Assembly: GCA_944392635.1 (NCBI GenBank) | Contig: CALXXH010000001.1 | Span: 1 to 49,410 of the forward strand | Source of the DNA: an uncultured Clostridia bacterium | Lineage (GTDB): Bacteria > Bacillota > Clostridia > TANB77 > CAG-508 | DNA length: 49,410 bases | Direction of reading: 5' to 3' | In this document: one piece after another, positions 33,962 through 42,094 of the stretch | Position numbering within the stretch: position 1 is the first letter of the stretch | How the letters are laid out: every line of letters begins with the position of its first letter | Notes under the pieces: model-generated | The model's database searches: none | Told to the model about the DNA's origin: nothing | The model's input: the letters and a program-made list of their open reading frames with translations, nothing else | Position numbers and translations under genes: made by a program

Positions 33962-33990
33962 AATATACAACAAAAGCACTATTTAGTCAA
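33962..33990 (-). promoter_or_regulatory. Sigma-A promoter of the small-ORF mRNA
   Basis: Minus strand TTGACT (33990-33985), 17 nt, TATATT (33967-33962). Confidence 0.6.
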
Positions 33991-34021
33991 TATATATTCA
34001 TAACTTTACTTTTTATTGAAT

Positions 34022-34050
34022 TTGAACATGCTTAAAAAAAATGATATAAT
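34022..34050 (+). promoter_or_regulatory. Promoter of the 34085-35827 operon
   Basis: TTGAAC (34022-34027), 17 nt, TGaTATAAT (hexamer 34045-34050). Confidence 0.6.
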
Positions 34051-34084
34051 ATATATATAATCACATAAGATAGAAGGTGATTTT

Positions 34085-35086
34085 ATGAACTTAAAACAAA
34101 ATAGAAAAAATGCAGCAGAATACCTAAAAGAATATAAAAAATTAATACCAAAAAGAACTTCCCTATTCAGTAAAAATTCTAGTATTGACATTTCTAAAAT
34201 ACATACTATGAAGGAAAAAACTGAGACTTTTTATGAAAGAAAAGTATTAATATCTCCTATGCTAATAGACAAAAATAGCATAAAGGATTATCAAGAAACT
34301 CTTGCATTAATAAAACAATTTCCAAGTGATATGAAACCAGAAACTGTAATAGAGAATAAAATTCTAGAACAAACTAGAAATCCTCAAAAAACAAGAAGAA
34401 TTCTATTACCCAATATCGTAGACAATAATTTAGCGTTAATAGAAGATTATGATAATATGGTTGCATACTATTTATTAATGGACGGAGATTCTCCTGTAGA
34501 AAGATTTGCAAAAACAGAAATGTCTATGAAACAATATGGTGTAAAACCAGATTTAGGCTTATCTATTACGAAATATGGTGATAAAATAACATCAAAATTA
34601 GAAGAATTAGCATCATCTGGAAATAAATCCTCTAAAGAATGGGAATGTTTTAAAAAACAAGTCCTTCACAGTTTTAATACTGCAGAAAAAATAGGAAACT
34701 ATCACGTAAATCCGGAAGAACATTTACTATGGGAAGAAAGATTAGTTAAATTAGGTATACTTGAAAGAAAACTTGATAGGGGAAATAAACAAAAAACATC
34801 CTCTCTTAGAGATAGTATTAAATATGATGTTGATACACCAAAGACAAAAAATGATGAAAATGACAAAAATAGAGGCACTGTTTCTCTAGAAAGTGCTTTA
34901 CAAAAAAATGCAGAACAAATGTATATAAATACCGGAATGATACCTTTAGGTTACAAAAAAGACGAAAACGGAAAATTAGTAAGAATCTTACCAGATAAGA
35001 ATAAAGAAAGAGTAAATCCATTGTCTGCTTCAAGAGAAAATTTATCTGCAACAAAAACTACACAAAAACAAGGATTAAGCCGTTAG
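34085..35086 (+). CDS. Hypothetical soluble protein (333 aa)
   Basis: ORF with a GAAGGTGA SD; Lys-rich termini; no recognisable motif. Confidence 0.65.
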   Translation: MNLKQNRKNAAEYLKEYKKLIPKRTSLFSKNSSIDISKIHTMKEKTETFYERKVLISPMLIDKNSIKDYQETLALIKQFPSDMKPETVIENKILEQTRNPQKTRRILLPNIVDNNLALIEDYDNMVAYYLLMDGDSPVERFAKTEMSMKQYGVKPDLGLSITKYGDKITSKLEELASSGNKSSKEWECFKKQVLHSFNTAEKIGNYHVNPEEHLLWEERLVKLGILERKLDRGNKQKTSSLRDSIKYDVDTPKTKNDENDKNRGTVSLESALQKNAEQMYINTGMIPLGYKKDENGKLVRILPDKNKERVNPLSASRENLSATKTTQKQGLSR

Positions 35087-35098
35087 AGGTGAATATAT

Positions 35099-35827
35099 AT
35101 GAATAAAAATTATTACGAAATTCTACAAATAAATCAAAACGCTTCACCTGAAATAATTGATAAAGCATATAAGACCCTTGCAAAAAAATATCATCCAGAT
35201 TTACAAGAAGAAAGTAATAAAAAACAAGCAGAGGAAATTTTAAAAGAAATAAATGAAGCATATGAAATATTATCAAATCCAGATAAAAAAGCCTTATATG
35301 ACCAAAATTTAAAGAATGAAGCTATATCTCAAGAAGATTATAATGAAATATATGAAGAAAATCAAAATTTAAAAAATACTATAAACAATATGCAAAACTC
35401 AACCTATAATAATTATGAAAATAATAGCAGTAATAATTTAAATAATGACTATAATAATATTAATAACAACATAAATCCAAATACTTACTATAACCAAAAA
35501 ACTAACCAAGAATATGAAAAAATGAGAAAAGCTCAAGAATTAGAATATCAAAAACAACAATTAGCTTATCAACAACAACTAGAACAAGCAAGACAAAAAG
35601 CATATCATGATGCATATATACAAGATTTAAAAAATAGAGGTTATAGGATTAAATATAAAAAATCTTTAAAAGATTATATTAGAGGTATAATTACTATTAT
35701 TCTTGTAATCATTATATTATTTGGAATTTGTCAAATTCCATTTGTACAAAACTTTTTTATAAATATGTATGAAGAAAATGAAATATTAAATAATATTGTT
35801 AACTTTTTCATAAATTTATTTAAGTAA
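35099..35827 (+). CDS. J-domain (DnaJ-like) protein with Asn/Gln-rich linker and C-terminal membrane anchor
   Basis: [30 protein letters not shown] with the HPD motif. No Gly/Phe or zinc-finger regions. [22 protein letters not shown]. Confidence 0.85.
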   Translation: MNKNYYEILQINQNASPEIIDKAYKTLAKKYHPDLQEESNKKQAEEILKEINEAYEILSNPDKKALYDQNLKNEAISQEDYNEIYEENQNLKNTINNMQNSTYNNYENNSSNNLNNDYNNINNNINPNTYYNQKTNQEYEKMRKAQELEYQKQQLAYQQQLEQARQKAYHDAYIQDLKNRGYRIKYKKSLKDYIRGIITIILVIIILFGICQIPFVQNFFINMYEENEILNNIVNFFINLFK

Positions 35828-35865
35828 AATGCATGTTCCTTTAAAACCCAAAACTTAATTATATA

Positions 35866-35902
35866 TCAAAGAAGGTTTCCTATTTTAGGAAACCCTCTTT
35901 GA
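35866..35902. terminator. Bidirectional terminator between the J-domain operon and the T4SS operon
   Basis: TCAAAGAAGGTTTCC (35866-35880) pairs with GGAAACCCTCTTTGA (35888-35902), one mismatch. Confidence 0.65.
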
Positions 35903-35912
35903 TTATATTTCT

Positions 35913-37250
35913 CTACTCTGTACTAAAAGACATTACAAATTCATAATTATCTTTTAATTGCATAATTACATTAACTGTAGTTGTTGTATCATTTTCTCCT
36001 GTAATATCACTAAGTACAATTTCTTGTATATATGTTGAATTTTCATCTCTAAATGTTGTATATTCAACTTCATAATATAATGGAAATTTCTCTCTCATAT
36101 ATTGTTCAAAAGCATCTACTGAACCCCAGTTATTATTTCTAAATGTTTCGTCTAAAACATTATAAGCTGTTTTATAATCTCTATTATTTAACATTTGAAC
36201 CCATTTATCTACATTCATAGCCACTTTATTTTGTTCATCTGCTGAATCATATTCAGCTTTAAATTTGTCTGTTGTTATTGTATAAGTATCTAATAATATT
36301 TTATAATCTAAAGGTCCATATTCTCTAAAAATATATAAGTTATTATACTTATCCATACAAACATATTCACTATATTCATCATAAGAATTTAACAAATATC
36401 TTTGTGGTTGTAAAGATAAAAGGAAATCTCTATTATTATTAATATATTTTTCAAGTTCTTCTAAACTTCCAAATCTTTTATCTCTATATTCTTCATCTAA
36501 ATGATCATATGCTTCCTCTGGATTACTTAAAACTAATTTTTTATAATAATCCATATATTTTCTTGCAACTATTTCTGCATTAGATTGAGCATAATTAATT
36601 ACATTATCTCCATTGCTTTCAATCTCTACCAAACTATTATCTAATAATTCTATATCATCAAGACTATTAATTCTTCCGTTTTGTGGTTCAATTGAAAACG
36701 TCATATTTGTTAAATCAAAATTCACAATAAGATATATATTACTAACAAAATTATAATTAGTATCTGCAATATATCCATATACAGCATATTTATATAAGTT
36801 GTTATCACTTATATATTTCATATCAAGAGGTACAAATAACATCTTTTCTTCAAATTTTTGTACAAAATTTTCTATATTTTCTACAGTTATATTATTTTGT
36901 TCTACATATTCTTTACTTAATAAATTATATATCTTTTCATTCTCATTAACGATTTTTTCTTGTTCATCATTTTCATTATTTGCAAAATATGATGAATTAT
37001 TTTCATTCAAGAAATCTAAATATGCATAAACGCATTGTTCAACTGTATACATTCGTTCTTTTTCCTCTTGCGTAAAAACAACTTCTTCTTCAACTTGCAA
37101 TGATTGTTCTATCTTATTTTCTTCCTGTTCTTGGCTTATTTCTGTAATTATTGTATTATCACTTTTATTTATAACTACAATTACAACAATAAGTATAACT
37201 ATTAAAATAGAAATCAATATAATTAATTTTTTAACTAAACTTTTATTCAT
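35913..37250 (-). CDS. Membrane-anchored extracytoplasmic protein (445 aa), last gene of the T4SS operon
   Basis: N-terminal TM LIILISILIVILIVVIVVI, acidic linker, large Tyr/Asn/Asp-rich ectodomain. Function unknown. Confidence 0.65.
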   Translation of the reverse strand: MNKSLVKKLIILISILIVILIVVIVVINKSDNTIITEISQEQEENKIEQSLQVEEEVVFTQEEKERMYTVEQCVYAYLDFLNENNSSYFANNENDEQEKIVNENEKIYNLLSKEYVEQNNITVENIENFVQKFEEKMLFVPLDMKYISDNNLYKYAVYGYIADTNYNFVSNIYLIVNFDLTNMTFSIEPQNGRINSLDDIELLDNSLVEIESNGDNVINYAQSNAEIVARKYMDYYKKLVLSNPEEAYDHLDEEYRDKRFGSLEELEKYINNNRDFLLSLQPQRYLLNSYDEYSEYVCMDKYNNLYIFREYGPLDYKILLDTYTITTDKFKAEYDSADEQNKVAMNVDKWVQMLNNRDYKTAYNVLDETFRNNNWGSVDAFEQYMREKFPLYYEVEYTTFRDENSTYIQEIVLSDITGENDTTTTVNVIMQLKDNYEFVMSFSTE

Positions 37251-37286
37251 ATCTAATATCCTTCCAATAATATTATATATATTATT

Positions 37287-40200
37287 TTAATTAGTTATTC
37301 TTAAAGCATAACATCCTTTTGATTGTAAAAATCCTACTGTTCTAGTCGCTCCATCATATCCATTTGCCATAGGCTCAACTGCTGGATTCATTACTTCTGG
37401 AACACCTTTTACTTGCACGTTACTTCCTGAAACACTATATACCATTACAACATGGTAATCTGTAGTATATTGAACTATATCACCTGGTTGTAATGCATTC
37501 ATATCTGTAATAAGTTGTACATTTATTCCCATACTTTGGAAATCATTTATAGACAATGATGAATTAGTACGTGCCCATAATTTCTCTGCTCCTGCTGCTT
37601 GAGAATATCCTGCTTGTAACAAACATTCTTGTATAAATGAACTACAAGATAGTGTTCTTAATCCATTATTAGCAATTGGGAAAGTATAGTCTACTGGTCC
37701 AGTATTTCTATATGTGTAATTATTATCAAATAAATATCTTGCAACTGTATCTGCTGCTTGTGTTAATGCTGTTGCTCCACCTGTTGGTTTTTCTAAGTCC
37801 TTAAATTGGTCATAGTACCTCCTTGCAGCTTCTGTTCTAATACTCATTCTAGGAATTCCCGGTTTTTCAAAAACCCAACAAAATGCTATTGCTGCATCTT
37901 CTGGAGTTGTAGCATTTTTCCAATCATCTGGTGAATATCCTTTATAAGTACTTAAGGCATATGTAGCAAATCCATTTGCTCCACCACCTGGTGTTATTTC
38001 TCCTATCAAGAACTCTATTTGAGCATTTTCATCGCTTGGATCTACTCCTTTTGATGTAGCATAACCTTCAAGTTGAGTTCTTCTTCCTCCTGTCCACTGG
38101 CATAAACCAAATCCTGCTCCAGTTGAAGCTTCTACAGTTCCTGCATTAAATCCAGATTCTGCTTCAATATTTCCTAAAACTCCAGCTGCTGCTTCTTTAC
38201 TATATCCAGCATCTATAACAGCCCACCAAACTTTTTCTTGTATACTTCCACCATATAAGCCACTCATACTTGAGAAAGATTCTAAGCTAAATTCACTAAA
38301 ATCATACTCCAAAACTCCAAAAGGTATATCTGTAGCCCTATATATCAAATATTTTGTTAAATTCAATAAATTGGCTGTTCTTTCATTATTTTCAATTATT
38401 GAAAATAAATATCCTGAAGTTCTAACTTTTGATATCATATTATGCTCATTATATAATTCAACAAAAACATTTTCTTTTCCTTCTGTTTTAAAATCTCCAC
38501 TTTCATATGTATTTGTTATAGTTCTAATTTCTGTTCTTATTCTTTCATAAATATCATATTCGTACATTATATCATTTCCGTCTTCATCCTTTTCTCCTGT
38601 AGGTGCACTTCCACTTTCAATAATAGTTTCTCCAGACCAAGAAGTAGTTGATGTGTCTGTAACCTTACCCGGAACATCTACTATTTTTTCCTCGTTATCA
38701 CCTAGACCTATAACAGCTTCACTATAACTATTTTCTTGATATGTCTTTACACACCAAGTACTAACATATGTAAGGTCTACCCTTGTACTAACGTTTTCAA
38801 TTATAGTAGTTGTAGTTGTTTGATCTGCCCAATCAGTTGAAAATTCAGGCTCTGTTGCCACTGTTTTTCGCTGAGGAGTTGTATCTGTCCTTGTTGTTGT
38901 AACAGTGTCTTGAACTGCTATTACAATCTCTGATTCCATAACTTTATCTGCCAAATCTATTGAAAATCCTGCATAATCAGTATCTATGTAGAAGTATAAC
39001 AAATATTCAAATGGCATCATATATTTCTGTAATGCTGTTTTCAAATTCATAGAATTACTTGATTTTAATTCTACACTACCATCTTCCTTAACACTCCAAG
39101 TAACAGTAACTAAATTTCTTTCCTCATCTAATGTATAAGATTTTAATGCATTTTCTGTATCTCCATTATCTATATACCCCTGTAATGTTTCTGGTGCTAC
39201 ATAATGCATACTTATAATTCTTGATTCTACACTGTTTGTATAAGTAGCATCATTTACTGCTGTAGCAGTATATCCACTATGGTCTGCTTTAAAATACTCA
39301 TCAATTCCTTCTACAATTCCTTCTGCGTATTTTTCTACTCCATCTCCAGATATAATATCTGCATCTGGATCCCCATCTAAGAAACCTCCTTCTGTAACAA
39401 CTGATGGGAAACCAGTAATTCCAGCACTTTCTATAATTCCTAGACTTCCAACAGCACATTTTTCTGTATCTGGACCAGCTTGTCTATTTGTTAATCCCAT
39501 AGAAGTTGAAATTGAATTAGACAAGATTTCAGCAAGTTGTTGTGAAATTCCATCTTCTTCTTTATATATAACTTCAACTCCTGTACCTCCACCTGAATTA
39601 AAATGTATTTGTATACACAAATCAGGATCAGCATTTTTAGCCAATGTTGTTCTATCTCCTACTTGTATACCTCCAGGATTATCAGTTGTACTTCCTGTTT
39701 GCACTACTTCAATATTTGAATAATCATCTAATAAATCTTCTACTTTTTCTGCTACCTCTATTGTAAGCTCTTCTTCAACTAAATCTCCACTAACAGCTCC
39801 TGTATCATTTGTATTATTATGTCCAGCTGCAATGGCAACTACATATTCTTCTCCTTCTTTTCCTATAATATTATCACTATTATTACTTCCAGCTCTAGAA
39901 GTAACGGCTACCTTTGTTCTATTTTCTTCATTTGTTAATTCACTACTTTCATTACTTACCTCTTCAACTTTAGTTAGCTCTACTCTACCAGAAAGATTAC
40001 CATTTTTTACATTCAAATAAATAGTAGTATCTCCTGTTAGATCATTTGTTTCTGTTTCATAATCTCCTGCATATGTAACTATATCTCCTGCTTCTGCTTG
40101 TAAGATTAAAACATCTTCTAACAATCTCAATTGTTTTCCAGAATTCCAACTTTTTATAGTATCTTCATTAATATTAGATGAAGAAGAATTTTTACTTTCA

Positions 40201-41072
40201 TCAACTGCAAAAACAGATATTAACTTAACAAATCCAACTGTTCCATCTTGTTTTTTCACTTCTACATATACAGTCGTATTACCAGTTAAAGCATTCTCAT
40301 CCAATTCATATTTGCCTGTATAAGTAACTCTCTCATCTTTTTCTACATATATTTTATTTCCATTATCGTCATATTTTTCCTGCCAATATCCAGTATCTCT
40401 CAATTCCTCATACATTGGAGTTCTAGTAACAACATATAATTGTTCTCCTTCACTCCAACTACTTATTCTATTTTGATCATTTCTATCTGTAATTTCTACA
40501 GTATCCATAGCAGACTCTTGCTCCAAACTAGATGTTTCACCTTTACCTGTATTTTTCATTTCTCCAATATCTTTATTAGGTGTAACTCTCCTTATTCTCA
40601 CTGCTCCTTGGAATCCATCTGTAGAACTTGCCGGAACTGTACCTCCTAAATCAGGAAATTGAGTATAAAGCTCTGCTTTTATCATTTTCTTTAAAAAATC
40701 TGTATTATTATCAGGAAGGTTATGCGTTCCAGCTTTTGAATTTATTTCTGCAACTAAATCTTCTAGTTTATCATCTACATCATCTACAAAATCTAAATAA
40801 TATCCATTTGTTTCGTCACCTTTAATTTGAACTAGCTCTGCAACATCTTCTATTTCCAAATAATCATAAATTTTTTGTGGTGTATCTCTTGCTGTAAATA
40901 GTTCTACTACCCAGTCAAGAACAGTTGCTCCTATTAATAATGGAATAAGTAACTTTAAAAGTATTAACAATACTGGTTTTAAAGCCATCATTATTGTTTG
41001 CTTAACCGTCTTTTTTTCTTTACTTTTTGCTTTTTCTTTTTGACTATTTTTAAAATTATTTATCAGTCCCAA
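37287..41072 (-). CDS. Conjugation-associated cell-wall hydrolase with three lytic domains (amidase_3, lysozyme-like, NlpC/P60-CHAP-like)
   Basis: TM near the N-terminus and two SH3-like repeats (SSWSEGEQLYVV.. / KSWNSGKQLRLL..). Amidase_3 core AIAAGHNNTNDTGA...IQIHFNSGGGTGVEVIY. GVLGNIEAESGFN...GFGLCQWTGGRR lysozyme-like domain. C-terminal LSCSSFIQECLLQAGY...YHVVMVY Cys-His peptidase. Probable TTG start at 41072, because GTG 41078 abuts the SD. Confidence 0.85.
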   Translation of the reverse strand: MGLINNFKNSQKEKAKSKEKKTVKQTIMMALKPVLLILLKLLIPLLIGATVLDWVVELFTARDTPQKIYDYLEIEDVAELVQIKGDETNGYYLDFVDDVDDKLEDLVAEINSKAGTHNLPDNNTDFLKKMIKAELYTQFPDLGGTVPASSTDGFQGAVRIRRVTPNKDIGEMKNTGKGETSSLEQESAMDTVEITDRNDQNRISSWSEGEQLYVVTRTPMYEELRDTGYWQEKYDDNGNKIYVEKDERVTYTGKYELDENALTGNTTVYVEVKKQDGTVGFVKLISVFAVDESKNSSSSNINEDTIKSWNSGKQLRLLEDVLILQAEAGDIVTYAGDYETETNDLTGDTTIYLNVKNGNLSGRVELTKVEEVSNESSELTNEENRTKVAVTSRAGSNNSDNIIGKEGEEYVVAIAAGHNNTNDTGAVSGDLVEEELTIEVAEKVEDLLDDYSNIEVVQTGSTTDNPGGIQVGDRTTLAKNADPDLCIQIHFNSGGGTGVEVIYKEEDGISQQLAEILSNSISTSMGLTNRQAGPDTEKCAVGSLGIIESAGITGFPSVVTEGGFLDGDPDADIISGDGVEKYAEGIVEGIDEYFKADHSGYTATAVNDATYTNSVESRIISMHYVAPETLQGYIDNGDTENALKSYTLDEERNLVTVTWSVKEDGSVELKSSNSMNLKTALQKYMMPFEYLLYFYIDTDYAGFSIDLADKVMESEIVIAVQDTVTTTRTDTTPQRKTVATEPEFSTDWADQTTTTTIIENVSTRVDLTYVSTWCVKTYQENSYSEAVIGLGDNEEKIVDVPGKVTDTSTTSWSGETIIESGSAPTGEKDEDGNDIMYEYDIYERIRTEIRTITNTYESGDFKTEGKENVFVELYNEHNMISKVRTSGYLFSIIENNERTANLLNLTKYLIYRATDIPFGVLEYDFSEFSLESFSSMSGLYGGSIQEKVWWAVIDAGYSKEAAAGVLGNIEAESGFNAGTVEASTGAGFGLCQWTGGRRTQLEGYATSKGVDPSDENAQIEFLIGEITPGGGANGFATYALSTYKGYSPDDWKNATTPEDAAIAFCWVFEKPGIPRMSIRTEAARRYYDQFKDLEKPTGGATALTQAADTVARYLFDNNYTYRNTGPVDYTFPIANNGLRTLSCSSFIQECLLQAGYSQAAGAEKLWARTNSSLSINDFQSMGINVQLITDMNALQPGDIVQYTTDYHVVMVYSVSGSNVQVKGVPEVMNPAVEPMANGYDGATRTVGFLQSKGCYALRITN

Positions 41073-41105
41073 ATACACTCACCTCTTTTCCATTTATAAC
41101 TTATT

Positions 41106-42050
41106 TTATATTTGAACTTCAAATGTATCACCTGTTATATTACTATCATTACTATATTCACTAGCATTTACTATATCTTCAAAGTGTATACTTTGTATTT
41201 CCATTAGTTCCCTATATGAATCACTAAATTTAATTTTAATAGTTTTAGATTCTTGTGAAAAAAACTGTAAATCTTCTTCATTATTTTCATATAAAACTGC
41301 TTCAAACTTATTTCCTAGATTATCCTCAACATAACATGTATTTGTTTTTCTTCTTGTATCTAGTATTATATCTTCATCAGTTTTATTCTTTATTCTTAAA
41401 GTATAAATCTCATAATCTATATATTTATCTACTGCTCCTACTTCTACAGATAATCTATCATCTTCACTTTTTTGATTTATTACCTCTGTACCGATATAAC
41501 TATTAACATTTAATTTATAACTTCCTCCATCAGGTACAATTGTTGCAAAATCTTCTACATAATCATCATCAGTTTTTCCTGTACTAAGCATATTATCAAA
41601 AATTCTTACTTGATATATATATATATCATTTGAAATAGTCCAAGCTTGAAATGAAAATTGCTTATTTCCTTCGAATTTATCCTTATAATACAATTCCTCA
41701 AATAACTCCTCAGTTTGATACATTATTCTTTTTATATCATCACTTAACATATCATAAGCTCTTTGTGGCTCATGATTTACACAATATGTATAAAACTGAT
41801 CTATAATTTGAGCTAAATCTTCACTATATTTACTTGATACATTACTACCTGAAATAATAGATTGGCTCTCATTACTATAAGAAACAACATTAGATGTTGT
41901 TTCTTCATTATTCATATTTTCTTGTGTTTGATTAGCTTCTTTCAAAGCATTATTTACAACCTGTAACATTAGCCAACCTAATATTATAGCTAAAACTATC
42001 GCCCATACTTTTAATTTATTTTGATTATAGAATCTCCACAATTTATGCAT
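41106..42050 (-). CDS. Bitopic membrane protein (314 aa), VirB8/TcpC-like scaffold candidate by position only
   Basis: N-terminal TM VWAIVLAIILGWLMLQVV followed by an extracytoplasmic domain. Located between the VirB6-like gene and the hydrolase. Confidence 0.6.
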   Translation of the reverse strand: MHKLWRFYNQNKLKVWAIVLAIILGWLMLQVVNNALKEANQTQENMNNEETTSNVVSYSNESQSIISGSNVSSKYSEDLAQIIDQFYTYCVNHEPQRAYDMLSDDIKRIMYQTEELFEELYYKDKFEGNKQFSFQAWTISNDIYIYQVRIFDNMLSTGKTDDDYVEDFATIVPDGGSYKLNVNSYIGTEVINQKSEDDRLSVEVGAVDKYIDYEIYTLRIKNKTDEDIILDTRRKTNTCYVEDNLGNKFEAVLYENNEEDLQFFSQESKTIKIKFSDSYRELMEIQSIHFEDIVNASEYSNDSNITGDTFEVQI

Positions 42051-42094
42051 ATCAATTCCTCTTTCTACATAAATACCTAAAATATTTTAGTTTT

